Origin: Camelus dromedarius
Taxonomy: Eukaryota
Reading direction: 5' to 3'
Assembly (NCBI RefSeq): GCF_036321535.1
Contig: NC_087436.1
Coordinates: forward strand, 18,726,001 to 18,790,000
Length of the DNA: 64,000 nt
In this document: positions 11,849-25,015 of the stretch, piece by piece
Numbering within the stretch: position 1 is the stretch's first letter
Layout: every line of letters begins with the position of its first letter
The notes under the pieces: generated by a model
Told to the model about the DNA's origin: nothing
The model's database searches: none
The model's input: only the letters and a program-made list of their open reading frames with translations
Position numbers and translations under genes: made by a program

Positions 11849-12619
11849 GCAGAAATGGGGATTGCAGGACTTTGCTTAAGACTGCAAAATTCCACTATCA
11901 AATTGAGAGCTCTCCAGATAAGCGGGGTTACAGATAATCTCAGGGCCTGCTGAGTGGGTGCTACATTTCTACTTATTAGGGCATTCAAGAGATCAGTGGA
12001 ACACAACAGAACTGTTTAATCAAATTGCAGAAGTTATGTTTACCGACATGTGAAAGGCTGGCTACAGGCGTATTTCACTACGTGTAGCAAAAAGATTCTT
12101 TGTTATGATTTATGGGGGTCCTGGTTTGGTCTTGGTTTTGACCCCAGTGACTTGCAATAAAAACACAAAGCACAAGGCTGATCATTTGATTTGCTGATAG
12201 TGTTGTTTTCCTAAAGCTGGGGCAAGGAGAGATGCAGGAGATGAGGGAAAGGATTGCTAACATTTCTTCCTTGACTTTGGAAAGAAAGCAAAGCAACAGA
12301 GAAATAAATGTCTAAAGATTTTAAAATATCTTAAAAGAAAAAATGAAAATAGGAAACAACTTTTTTGGCTGGTAGTTTTCATTTAAGCCCAAAGTTCCTG
12401 CCCATATTCTTGTCTTGGGACAGTAAATCTGACACTTGGGAAACTCACAGCCAGACCAGTGTTCAATGTCTTGGCTTAGTGTGTTAGAACCCTTCCCTGA
12501 CAATAGGATTCTCATCAGTGTTTATTTCTTTTCTTCTTATGATCATCTTTACCCAGAGTCCTTTACCTGGCAATGTTATAATTCTCCTTAATATGATATT
12601 CTTCACCCTATTTCTCATA

Positions 12620-13030
12620 TTTCCATTATTCCACTTCCCATGCCCTATGCTCCAGTGACTCTTCAAAAATTATTGTTCCTCTTATATACATTGAAATGTT
12701 CTACCTAGTTTCCTTAATTTTTTTTCATTTCCAGGAATATCCAGCCCTTCTGTCCCATCCTGAAACATCCAAACACAAACAGTCCCATGGATGTCACCTC
12801 CTCCAGGGAGCCTTTCAGACACCACCTCCTGACCTCCCCGAGCTGAAAGGAATAGCTGCTGTCCTGGAACTCCCTAGAGCAATTAACTTCCACTAGTTTT
12901 CTGGCATTGACCTCCTTCTTATGTGAGTTTAAATTCTTTTATGTTCACCTACTCACTCTCACTACACTGGTAAGCATGCCAAGGGTATAGTCCATGACTT
13001 ATTTATCATTATTTGATGAATGAATAAATC
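12620..13030 (+). mobile_element. L2 3' remnant
   Basis: TGTCACCTCCTCCAGGGAGCCTT and terminal TGATGAATGAATAAAT. Confidence 0.55.
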
Positions 13031-13399
13031 TTTACCTAAAGCAACACCTAAATTATATTTACTGTATAAGGTATAGTGCACAGTAAAAGAAATGGACATA
13101 GTGTCATGTGTACAATTGTTACTGCCCCTTGGTGTAAATCCCAGATCCATTAATTGCATACAAATGTCAAGACTTATGGAATAACAGAGATTTTATGATT
13201 GAGAAGGAACCCAACTTTTACAGATTTTTATTAATCTACGTAAGGACAAAATCAACACTGTATTTCCATTTAGATTTTCCATTTGTAGTTTCTCTTTATT
13301 CAGAAAAAGACTGGGAGCTATAGCTATAGCTTCATACTTCTGCTATTAACTTATTTGCATCATCTTGGGTAAATGATAATAGTGAAAGGTACTCAGTAG

Positions 13400-14145
13400 A
13401 GAGAATCCAATCACTTCTCTCCAGCTTTGCTGGTCTGAGCCACGACTGTCTCTTTCTGGAACTTGGCAGGCACCTCCAACTGGTCTCCCGCTTCCAATGA
13501 AGAGCCCACCAGGCTTTCTCTATTCCTAACAGAGGAGCTAGAGTCATTCTTTTACAGGATGAATCAGATCCTTTCACCCTGTTTGAGTCCCTGCAGTGGG
13601 TCCCCGTTTCACTCTAAGAAAAGCCACGGTCTTGCTCCTGCCTTCAGTGCTCTCCACAATCACTCTGGTCCCTTTGACCTCATCTCCGGCTACTTTTCCC
13701 TCACTGGCCCATCTGCAGGGGCGCTCTTGCTCTTTCCCTGACTGGCCATGCACTTGCCCACTGCAGAGCTGACTCTTCCTCTGCCCTCAAGTGCTTTCCC
13801 CCCAATATGTGAATAGTTAGCTTCCCCACTCCTTCAAGTCTTTGCTCAAAAGTCACCTTCTCATGAGGTCATCCTTGACCGACTTAATGAAAATTGCAAG
13901 CACCTCCCCACTTTCCAGTGGATGTCCCTTTCCTTGCTCTATTTCATTCCATAGCACATGTCACTTGGTCACTTTTTAATGCACTGTATCATTTATTATT
14001 ATTTTATTGTTTGTCTATCTCTCCCACTAATTCTAGTAAGCTCCATGAGGGTAGAGATCTTTTACACTCACTGACATGTCCCAAATGCCTACAGCTGGGG
14101 CTAGTTGCCTTACTCAGCAGCCACTCTAAATACGTGCTCATGAAA
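13400..14145 (+). mobile_element. L2 (L2a-like) 3' region
   Basis: CTCCTTCAAGTCTTTGCTCAAAAGTCACCTTCTC and GTAAGCTCCATGAGGGTAGAGA. Confidence 0.85.
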
Positions 14146-14149
14146 AACA

Positions 14150-14345
14150 GAGCCTCATAATGTGTCAGGCACTGCTAATCACTTAGACTTCACAGCAACA
14201 CTCTGATGTAAATGTTTTTATAAGCTGCATTTTAAGTTGAGGAAACTGAGGTTTATAGGGGTTAAAATGCCCATGGTCACATCATTAGTCAGGGGCAGAA
14301 CCAGGATGCAAATCAAGGTGATCTAATGTCAGAAGCTGTTCTATC
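14150..14345 (-). mobile_element. MIR SINE
   Basis: CATTTTAAGTTGAGGAAACTGAGG core and GGTCACA...GGGGCAGAACCAGGAT. Confidence 0.8.
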
Positions 14346-14468
14346 TCTTTCCTTAGCTGGGCAGGGCCTCAACATCTTGCACGTTTATTTTAATCAACAT
14401 TATAATCACTCATAATTTTTAAGAATCAAAAAGGCCTACAAAATTAGTAATGAAAAACAATTTCCTTG

Positions 14469-14640
14469 GTGGAGAGCATAGCTCAGCGGTACAGTGCATG
14501 CTTAGCGTGCATGAGATGCTGGGTTCAATCCCCAGTACCTCCATTAAGAAATGAATAAATAACCTAATTACCCCCCCCAAAATATAATAAAGTAAAAAAA
14601 AAAAGGTTATTAAAAAAAGATTGGTTAAAAAAAAAAAAAA
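14469..14640 (+). mobile_element. Camelid tRNA-derived SINE (Vic-1 type)
   Basis: Box A TAGCTCAGCGG, box B GGTTCAATCC, AACCTAATTACCCC motif, A tail; TSD 14452-14468 / 14641-14657 (15/17). Confidence 0.93.
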
Positions 14641-14657
14641 GAAAAATGATTTCCTTG

Positions 14658-15700
14658 TTCTCTCACCCTCCACTTCCCCCTTTCCAGAAGCAAACACTGA
14701 TAACCCATAGCTGATTCTTGACATTTCCTGCCATATTTCTGAATAATATGCTACTAGTTCTACTCCTTGATTTTTTCTCTCCAGTTTTAGACATAATCTA
14801 TTGATTTTTCACATTAGAAGGTGAGGATTTTAGCTCTCGTTCCTTTCCTCCCCTTCCTTCACACACACACACACGACTCACATATCTTCTTCCTGACCCG
14901 CTGACCTCCCAATACAGTTATTTTATACTTTTGTTTGGGTTAATAGAAAGGTTTATGCTGTTAGTACCTCTATACTTCATTCATAGATGAACTCTGTGCA
15001 TGCACTAGCTTTTTCCCTTCTTTGCATAACTTTCTGTATTCCCTGGAGTTGTCTTGTTTGAAATTTGCTTATTTATAATTAATTGTACTCATCACTGTTT
15101 GAATCCCAGGGCCTTCACCACTTTTGAAAAAATTTTTGAGTCTTTGAATATCTTTAAATATTTGTATTCTGTCCTGACACTTGAATGATGGCTTGGCTGC
15201 TAACAGAAGTTTAGGCTGGAAAGAATTTTCCTTCAGAATTTTGAAGGCATTGCTCCATTAATTTCTAGCTTTCATTTGCTTCTGTGTCATTTGAGGCTAT
15301 TTTACTTTGATTCCTTCATATTTGGCTTTTTTTTCTTTCTCTGGAATTGTGTTTGCCCTTCTCTTTACACCCAGGGTTCTAAAGCTTCTCAGTGATATAC
15401 CAGATGTGGCTTCATTTTCACCCATCATGCTGGGCACTCAGTCATCCCTCCATGTGCTTCAGTTCTAGGAAGTTCTCTTGAATTTTTCAATTGATGATTT
15501 CCTACCCCCCACCTTTTTGTTGGTCCTCTTTTTCAAGAAACTTGGTATTCAGATACTAGATTTTTAGAACCAATGCTCCACTTTTCTTATCTTTTCCCCT
15601 TGTATTGTCTTATTGTCTTTCTTTCTTTCATTTAGCTCCACTTTCTAGAGAGTTCTTCAGCCTTATCATCCAATTATTAAATGATTGAGTTTTTAATTTC
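14658..15700 (-). mobile_element. HAL1 / old L1M ORF1-type element
   Basis: TTTTCCTTCAGAATTTTGAAGGCATTGCTCCA and GTGAGGATTTTAGCTCTC segments; related to the + strand element at 24330-27760. Confidence 0.7.
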
Positions 15701-16874
15701 CACTGAGGCCAGAGCCTATGTTCTCCCACTTACCTGGAAAGGAAGTTTAGAGTATTTTCCTGGAGGAAGTGGACTGTCGGCCACCTGAGGGGAGTGTTGG
15801 ACTCCTGCGTCTAGCTCTTGGGTGGATGCACAGTAGGTCCACAATAAAACACAAGGAGGGAGCAGTCCACAAGAGCGAGGTGAAGGTACGTTAATACGAC
15901 TGGAACGACAAGCCAGGGCAGGTCTAGAAATGAGATTACCTAGCAGGCATGTCTACTTGAGATGCTCAGCTGGCTCTCCTTCAGTTTCTTTTGATTAGTG
16001 GTTCTATTGAATCCAGATTCTGGGAAAGGGTTCAGCCTGAAAATGGGTTAAGAAGCTTCAATTTTGAGTAAGGAAAGTGGCAGGAGCTGGAAGTCCGGTG
16101 GATCATCAGAATGTTAATTTCTCTGACATGGACTTGCTATTTCAGAGTGCCCCTCCCTACTCCCCCTGGTTTTAGAAGCATTGGTGGGATTACTACTCAA
16201 AACCTGCAATATATTTTCCCAGTTACTTCAAGTTATGCCTCTTCCCCACCTCCCCATACTTCTAGTAAAATATTGTGAGTGGCTGGCTAAAATGATGGAG
16301 CTCCCTGCCAATAAGATGAAACAGGTTTGTAGACCCCAAGGAAGTAGCTAGGTAAATATTTACACACACAACTGAATTTTCTAAGTGTCACGTATCCTTG
16401 ATCTTTGTGGAATGCTGCAACGTTTTGCTCACAGTTTAGCATGTTGTGGAGCTGTGAAGGCAGGCAGATGTTTAGTTCCGAAGAAGGAACCTCGCTGCTG
16501 GGCTTCCTGCCAGTTAAGCCTGATGGGTTATGTCTTAGCCGCTAAATTTCAGTCCCATGTCTCACTCATATTTTTTTTCATTCTGAAAGCCCTAGAGATT
16601 TGGATTGCTTTATTCCTTGGTTCTTTTTCTCCCAGGACTGGCTGCTGAGCAACATGCTGTCTCCTCGTCTCCCTCTTTACTTGTTGTCACCAAAAAAATA
16701 AGCACTGGGGCTCTTTTTATTTAAAAATTTTACAACGGATCCCTTCTTGTCTTGGGGATCCGCCTACCCAGCTGATCAGTAATTAATTCAGTGGCTCATT
16801 TCTAGTTAGAAGATTAATAAGCACCATGTGGATTCAGAATGTATACTAAGTGAATGGAAGCATTTGTAAAATTT

Positions 16875-17017
16875 TTTAAAAAAATTTTTAATTTTTGGGG
16901 GGGAGGTAATTAGGTTTGTTTGTTTGTTTTTAGTGAAGTACTGGGGATTGAACCCATGACCTCATGCATACTAAGTATACGCTCTACCATAGAGCTATAC
17001 CCCAGCTCCCGACTGCT
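16875..17017 (-). mobile_element. Camelid tRNA-derived SINE (Vic-1 type)
   Basis: GTACTGGGGATTGAACCC...GCTCTACCATAGAGCTATACCCC; perfect 15-bp TSD GCATTTGTAAAATTT (16860-16874 / 17018-17032). Confidence 0.95.
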
Positions 17018-17203
17018 GCATTTGTAAAATTTGTCCTGTGATCTCTAAAGGCTTTCCCCAGAACCTTCCCATCAGTTGTCTCTTCCATCTTTCCTTAAAA
17101 TCTCTTTGACTCGAGCCCCTGAAAATCATTGTTTCCCTGGTTTGTGTTTTCTGTTTTTTTTTTTTTTTTTTTTTCAGGTTTGCTGGTAACACTTTCCCTA
17201 GAC

Positions 17204-17353
17204 CAGTGCTTTTCAAATTTGAGAGAGCAAAAGAATCACCTGGAGAGCTGGCAGAATCACAGATTCCTGGAGCCACCCACAGAGATCCACATTTAGAAGG
17301 TCTGGGAAGAAACTGAAACTGTTGGACTACGGTCCGCACTTTGAACTGCACTG
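17204..17353. mobile_element. MER5A-like hAT-Charlie MITE
   Basis: CAGTG...CACTG termini, AGAATCACCTGGAGAGCT; TSD CCCTAGAC / GTCTAGAC. Confidence 0.85.
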
Positions 17354-17544
17354 GTCTAGACCATTAGGAATTGTGGTTCTGATGTTGGCTAAACAGGCTC
17401 CCTCACCAATTTCCTGAGCTGCTGCTTGGGCCCAGGCTTTCCTTGTGGCCCCAGTGGAGCTGATTGATGGTGCAGCTTTTCCTTCTAGCAGTACAGCCAG
17501 ACTTCCATTCCCTTAGCTAAGAAAAGGGAAGAGAACCGTTTGTT

Positions 17545-17735
17545 ACAGAGTGTCGACATAACCCGCATGAGCTCTGGGCTAGGTACAATCGTGTATTTCC
17601 TTCACTGACTGTTCACAAGAACCCAGTGGCATCAGTACGGCTGGCCTCATTTCCTGGAGAAGTTCAGCAACTTACCCCACGTCACCAAGCTAGTAATCAG
17701 GGAACCAAAATGTAACTCAAGGGCTGTACTAATCA
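17545..17735 (-). mobile_element. MIR SINE (degenerate)
   Basis: AGTTCAGCAACTTACCCCACGTCACCAAGCTAGTAA. Confidence 0.6.
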
Positions 17736-18589
17736 CCGGAAGGCATTGTCTTTATGATATGAAACCACCTGCCTTGTGCTGAACCTGCCTAAAAGGTTCT
17801 CTTTCAATTCAGAGGAGCACCTCCAGGGAGACCAATAACTGTTCAGACAAAGAGATCTACTTTCCTCCTAAGAGTCTCTGTGATTCACTCAGCTGCCCTC
17901 TGCCCCTGCAAAAGTGCTCGGCAGAATAACAGATCAGCAATGCCAGAAATAGCTCATTTCCAAAACACAGCTATAGACAATTTCTACCCAGAGAAGAAAG
18001 TGATTTTCTAATAGGCCTACAAGAGAAATTAGGTTAAATCGAAGGAAACTCAGGAGGTAACTCTAATGAAAGGTAGTGTATTTTATTTCTTCCTTGCAAT
18101 TCTTTCTTTATTTCCTTTATATTAGATGATCCTTTGAGGATGAATTTGCATTTATCTATAAAGGTGCATATAATTGCTGTTATTATTTTGGTGTAAGAGA
18201 ATAATAGTCAGAGATAAGACATGACTGCAACTGTTTAAGGCTGGCATGTGCTGCGACTTGTTTTGAGCTTGTCTGTGTCCTGATGTAGTAGGCTGCGGGC
18301 TTGCTGTGTCCAGGAATTGCATGTTGGGCAGTGTTTTTCAGCTTCTTTAGCTGCCAGGTGGCCTTTGCTATTTTTAATTCAGGGAGATAGGTAACAGTCT
18401 TCCTAATATTCTCTGTTCTAATCGTTGCATGGAGTCAGAAAAAAAAGATGCTGTTTGATCCTCTCATTCTTCTCCATCCCTTCCAAATTCTCTCCTGGCA
18501 CCCAACCCCTCAACCTGAGTTTTGGAGTCAAGTGTAAATTTCATAAAGCGCTCATCATCATAAATTAGTGCCTGATCGTGGAATAAAAG

Positions 18590-18740
18590 AAAGTCCAGTT
18601 TCAAGAGCCTAGGATTTGTTTTTTTCCCCAGCCCTCATTTTGTCATGTATTTAACTTTAGGAACTTGGACAAGTCATTTCTCTTCACTGGGTCTTAACTT
18701 TTGTTATCTGCAGGTGACGGAGTTGTACTAAATTATCTTT
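18590..18740 (+). mobile_element. MIR SINE (degenerate)
   Basis: ACTTGGACAAGTCATTTCTCTTCACTGGGTCTTAACTTTTGTTATCTG. Confidence 0.55.
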
Positions 18741-20144
18741 TTTTTTTTTACTAAATTATTTCTAAGATTTTAAGTTACATGAAACTGAAATTGCTTTGGA
18801 GAAATTTCTGTTTCACTTTGAGTGCACCATTCATTCAGATTGTGACAACTTCCCAGGTAGCTGCTTCAAAGAATTTTTCTTAGGCTGTAGGGAGCTCATC
18901 AACTTCAAAATCAACTTTAAGAATACAAACAAAGGAAAAAAACACACTTCCAGGTTGTTAATCAAAGTATTCTGGTCTATCCTTAATTATTAAGTGTTTG
19001 GGCAGAATAATGGAATAATGGACAAATTGATTCTTATATTTCTCACTTACGAAAGCATTGCTATCAGGATGTGAAAACTTTGCCATTTGCCAGTGGTGAG
19101 AGGAAGGATATTAGTGCTTTCAAACAATTTCTTCAAATCAAAATCTAAAGCTTCAGGGAATCAGACCACAGGACAACTCAGTGATTCAGCTGTGCCCTTA
19201 GGCACCACTTCTTGAAGAGAATCTGCAGAGGAAGTCAAAGAGCTCTCACTATGGGGTAGGGGAAATTGGGAAAAGCTGAACAACTCAAGGAAACCACATG
19301 ACTGATTTCTATCTTTCCATGAGACCAGATAAGCTCTTTCAGATAGGACTTTCCCTCTTTCTTTGAATGCAAAGCATGGACATTAAGTAAATGATGATTA
19401 TTTGAAGAGGTGCTTCCAGGGCTCACTTAAATATGATGACTGGGGGGGGGGCATCTTTATGCTGGGGGCCAGATAGAATTGCTGTGAATTTCCCAGCATT
19501 CTGTTCTGTAACCTGCATCCTGAGTGGGGACAGGATGGTCCAGTCCAAATGGAAAACCCACTAATATCCAGGTCAGTTGAATGGCTAAAAAGAAGTTGGG
19601 TGCTCTCCAACGTGAGTGTCTGTATATTTCATAACATTTCATTTAGATCTACGTGACTGCCATAGCTCTAGCAAAACCTTCTTGAGGCGCCTGGCCTGGC
19701 GTGGATCAGAACCCCTATTTTGGTTCTAACTTAACATCTCTGAGAGAAGACTGAGGTTGGGATTTGAAAACAGTGGAAACTTAGCAGAGTCTAGGAGTTC
19801 TGGTCGAGAATGGCAGAATGGGCTCAGGTTCAGACTTCACATGAGATCCAGAAGGCAGGGTTTCCATCAGTGGACATTCTACAAAGAGCACTTGATGTTA
19901 TTCTCAGGAGGGGCAGTAATTGAAAGCCAGGTTAGTGAACAGATGGCGAAGTACAACTCCAAGTCAGTGGGATGGAAGCAGAGAAGGAAACAGAGATTAG
20001 TCCAATATCACTGACAAAGAAAGAGGAGGAAAGGGTGAGGGAAAGGAGATTCACCCAAAGGTTTGCTGCTCCTGGTTGGATTTTATTGACCCACCCTTGT
20101 GCTGGGCAGCTCCGGGAAACCACCTCTGAGAGGGTATTTTGAAA

Positions 20145-20443
20145 AAATGTTTTTTGGAGATATAGCGTGCCATACATTTTGCTGATTTAAAGTGTACATT
20201 TCAGTGATTTTTAAATTATATTCACAGTTGTGCAGCCATCACCACAATCCAAATTTATATTATTATCATCAGCAGCCCCCCCACAAATCCCATATCCATT
20301 AGCAGTCACTTCCCCCACCCTTCCCATCCCCCATTACCCAGCCCTAGACAACCACTAATCTGCTTTTTGTTTCTATGGATTTGCCTGTTCTGGACTTTCC
20401 ATATACATACAGTCTTTTATGACTAGCTTCTTTGACTGATAGG
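20145..20443 (-). mobile_element. L1MB-type 3'UTR fragment
   Basis: TTTAAAGTGTACA...TTGTGCAGCCATCACCACAATC...CAACCACTAATCTGCTTT...GGATTTGCCTGTTCTGGAC. Confidence 0.85.
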
Positions 20444-23400
20444 GTCATTGAAATTCCATCTTCTCCACAGAATTTACTTTCCTGATAAAAACTATTTTGC
20501 ATATGTGTGTGTTTATTACTGAATTTAGAGTACTTTTCCCACTTATAAAGATGTATATACATGAAAGTGTCCTCATTAAGAAAATGTTATAGTTAATTGA
20601 GAGCTGTATCAATCTCCAGTTTAAAAATTTTTCAAATAAAGTGTGTACACATAGCATTAAAATGAATTTGTTCTTCCTTTGATGGTTCCTGTCATGAAGA
20701 GCCTCAGTATAATTATGGTTGAACATAAATACTATTATTATCATAAGGGGATAAGATGTAGGTGATTAGTCTGAGATTCTATGACCTACTCTAAGTAGAA
20801 AAACAACAGCATAATAACAACAAACCTCCAAGTCTCTGATATCCATTATTTGTTTAGTCTTTTTTATACAAAGCTAAAATATAGAAGAAAAGTTCCAGTT
20901 ATCTGAACTTTTTGGCTGTTTGAATTCTGAAAAGAGGCATTGTAGTAAGTTAGGAGAAAGGCATCTGACAATGATTCGTCAAAGAAGAGATAAAAATACT
21001 GGCTTTTCTATCATTTGGATCTTTGGGTGTGGACTTTTGATGTGGATGAATCCAATTTCCTGTTTCCTGCATCCATCTGCTTCCTCAAGCAGAAATTAGA
21101 TCACAGTTGACCTTTTTTGGGGGGGTGGTTTGGACAGGCATGGAAAGGCAAGCCTGAGAATTGTGCTTCAGAAAAATTATTCAGCCTGTTTAGAAATATG
21201 GCTTCACCTATGCAAATTAATATATGCCTAAGAAAACAAATATACAATCAAACAAAATAAATCTTGCTCTGGCCAAAATCATGTTTGCTTTGCAAATGAA
21301 GGCAATTTAATTAATGAATTGCTAGCTACAGAAAGCACTAGCCTGAAAAAAGTAAAATATCAGGATAGTGATGAGGCATTTAACACGAGAACAATCCTGA
21401 GATATGGCTTGATACCAGAACATACAGAGGAGAGGATATAAATGTTGGGAAAGTCATTGTCCCAAGGGATCAATCCCATCTGCTTAAGCCATAACTTTCT
21501 CGGTTATGTCTTTCATTCCTTTACATCCTTGAGAGATAAATCATGCCTTTGTTGTTAACAAGAGCAGCTGGACGCCTGTGACTGAGGGGTCAGCCTGCAG
21601 GACACGTTGTTGATATTGGACTATCATTTCCTGCAGAGAGAAGAGTGGCGTATGTAGTGAATCTTCCCTATGTCCATTCGCTTTACATCCAATGCCTGTT
21701 TGTGCATTTTGCAAAGAATTCCGATGAGAATTTTTTAATGTGGCATTTTGGGGTTTTCTGCAGATTCTGGCTACAAACCTTTGCATGTGCTCATATCCTG
21801 CTGATGAATGCCAAGAGTGAGCTGCTGGCGACAGAGGGGAAATAAGAACAAGTTGAGTGGGTCAAGAATGACAATACAATCTGGACTATATCGTTCTTTC
21901 ATCTCATTAGCTACATTTCCTAAAAGAGCGTTTAGTTCTTTTGTGAACGGTGCTTATAACCCAGCCGCCATTGTGCAGGATGGAGTCTTTTGTTTTTTGT
22001 TTTTTTAGTTGAAGATTCAGCTATTAGTATCTCTCACCATTTCAGGGATGCTGCAACAGAAAGTGCCTGTCTCAAACCGTCTCAAATTCTCTATCCACTT
22101 TTCTGTATCTGCTTGGTTCACATTACCATTATGCAGCCCGCTGCCAGATGCTGACTTGCCCAGGGTCCTGGGAACACCCCCCCCCCTCCCGGTTTTGATC
22201 TCTCTTTATTAACTGTTTGTACAGTTTCCTTTCAAACTCAAGTTTAATGAACCTTTCCCTTTCCTGGCTTTATGATCTCCTTTCTTCTACCCTCCTCCCT
22301 CTCCCACTCTTCTTGTCCTTTACCCAGACTGCTTATCTAGCTGGAATTTATTTGACTTCTCTTTCCCTTCCCCTTGTTCTATGGGAAAGCTCAAGTCCAG
22401 GCTCCCTTAAACATTTATGAACTTAGTTCACGCTCTTGAGTCCCTTTGGATACTTCAGTCTTGACCCCTTCACATATCTTTTAAACAAGTCTTGCTTTGA
22501 ACGCTTTCATATCAAGCATGTAAGATACTCCAGATTGTAGGGCCACGTGTTACGCTCAAGATGCAGAACAAAGGCTGACAGATAGACCATACTTTTTGTT
22601 CTCAAAGTCTAAGGAGAGAAAGAAACGGGATAGTCTAGGTGAAAACCATATCCCACCTTCTACAGTGTATGTGCTTTGCGTATAATCCACATCATCATTA
22701 CTATTCTTACCGCTCCTCACCCTTCAATCCTGAGACAAATAGGAGGGAAGGAAAAAGTGAAAGAAAAAGAAAAGCAAGGGGAAACAGCTCGTGGTGTTTC
22801 CTCTTAAAATACCATAAGAACTCTGGTTTGGGGTTTAATCAATGAACTCCTAAGATGTCATCTGCTTTTTATGCTGCACATCTGATTCTGTACCCCTAGG
22901 TATACGCTATATTTATTTGGTTATGCATCTTGGTTTTCTCTAAAACTGCTGATACTTACTCTCTTGGAATACGTCCCTGCTTTTGGTGATTGATCACAGT
23001 ATATCTTGGCAGTGGTAGGAAACTCTTTGTTATGGACTCATTTTTTTTTCTTTTTTCTTTTTTAACTGTTCAAGCAATGAAGAATGAGTCTCTACTGCTG
23101 CAAAGTATTTTAGGGGGTAGGCTGGGAAGTGAGGAAGAGAGTTAATAAAAGGTCAGCTAGCTTGAGACTTGGAGAGTGCAGAGGCAAGGAAGGGGGAAAG
23201 AAAGTTTCCTATTTCATAGAGAAATTTTGGACAGGGTTTGAACAGGGAATAAGCGAAAATACCCAGATGTAATTTCATAGCCAACTTCCCATGTCTTCAT
23301 GTCTGCAGGATGACTTAAAAATCTTTTCATTATACTTCCCCTGCAACTCAATTTGCTGATGTTCCAAGAGAAATAGGAGGAGGGGTGGGAAAATTCCTTT

Positions 23401-24849
23401 TTATGGTTGGAATACATACGGTTTATTACGCCTGTTAAAACTGCACTGCATTTATACACTAGTGATAGCTGTTATGATGATATCATTCGATGACCCTATC
23501 TGGGTCCATGAAACATGAAGATCACAAGCAGAATTTCTAAACTGTATGTACGTGATAAACTGTCTGGGTGTGTATGTGATGGTGCAGCCAGCAAACACTT
23601 CTGTTCACAGGAGATCACCAGATGGGTTCATTCCTATGCAATAAACACCCTGAGTTAGGCTTGCCTTCCCTGCCACTTGACTGCCCTAAGAGAGAAAGCA
23701 AGATAGCAGGAGGTAGAGAGAATGAAAGTTCAAGTGTTCTGTCTATTAGAAGTGAGTGGATGAGGACAAATCTAAAAGTTGGCAGAATGGTGCCTTCTCA
23801 CCCCAAGCCACCTGCACGCCACCCTCTTCTGCTGCCCCTACATCCTGGCTCCTCTTCTTCTCCCAAATAGGGTTGGAATGAACTTAGGATGCCCTCTGGC
23901 ATGTTTTCCCTTTCACCCCATGGTAATGCTCCCAGGCCTGCCCTAACTCCACAGTTTTCACGTTGATAGTGACCAAGTTTTGCTAAGGACAAATCAAGAC
24001 ATGAAACTATGACAGATAAAATTGTGCTCATTGGCAATCAAAGAAGCGACTGAGGCTGGATGGAAACAGGATTAAATGACAGTCTACATTTTGACCATCA
24101 GACTCCCCTGACTTCATTCCCTGCTCTGTACCCAGGACACTGGTGGGAGCGTTGGGGAAGGAGTCAGACACACTGTAAGACCTACGTATCTGCCTGGCAT
24201 CCTACTGTGGAGCCCATCACTGGACAAACCACGCACACGGAGCTTCCAGTAAGGATTTGGTAGCTGACCTTTAAGTATAAAGAGCTAACCAAGAGGAAAG
24301 GTAATTTTAAGACAGGAACCAGAACAAACAAATAGAAAAAAAAGTGAGGGGACAGAATTCATTGTGGGGCTCACAAAATAAATGTGAAAAAAAGAGATTA
24401 ATATCCTAGGAAAGATAATATAATTTATATGTATTAAACAAAATAAGAGCCTCTTAAAAGTATTTATTAGGGAACTGACTCTCATGGAAAATAAAAATGA
24501 GGCAGTAAAAACAATTCAATAGAAGATTTAGAGGATAAATTTGAGGACTTCTAGAAGGTAGAACAAAAGCCAGGAGTGAAAATTGGGAGAGAAAGATAAG
24601 ACAATATGAGGGTAATAGAAACCTAACATTTAAATAATAGGCATTCCAGAAAGAGGGAACAAGAAAATGGAGGGAAATATTATCAAAGGTTTATACAGAA
24701 AATTTCAGAATCAAAGGACATGAGTTTTTTGATGCAAAAGACCATTGAATATCAAATATGATTGGAAAAAAGAACTACTCAAGGGCATATGATCATGAAA
24801 TTTTAGAAATATGGATATAAAATTCATGTGATGATATTTAAATATATGT

Positions 24850-24980
24850 ATTTTTAAAATTTTAAGTTAATTATTTAAAATTTATTTCTTTTTACTTTTT
24901 GACCCCCTTCATCCATATCTCCCACCTTCCAACCTCCTCTGGCAACCACCAATCAGTTATTCTCTGTATTTAAGAGCTTG

Positions 24981-25015
<35 letters not shown>

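Noticed and set aside
15892..15901. TAATACGACT, the first 10 nt of the T7 promoter
   Set aside because: Diverges immediately (no CACTATAG); a 10-nt match is plausible by chance in 64 kb on two strands.
16736..16762. CGGATCCC...GGGATCCG hairpin with two BamHI sites
   Set aside because: An 8-bp stem is expected several times by chance in a window this size, and there is no supporting context.
17140..17191. T21-CAG strong acceptor upstream of the MER5A-like element
   Set aside because: A simple poly-T run explains it; only weak donors follow.
23474..23570. ATGATGA box C-like motif (also GTGATGA twice at 37041-37061)
   Set aside because: No correctly spaced CTGA box D with a terminal stem, so not a supportable snoRNA.
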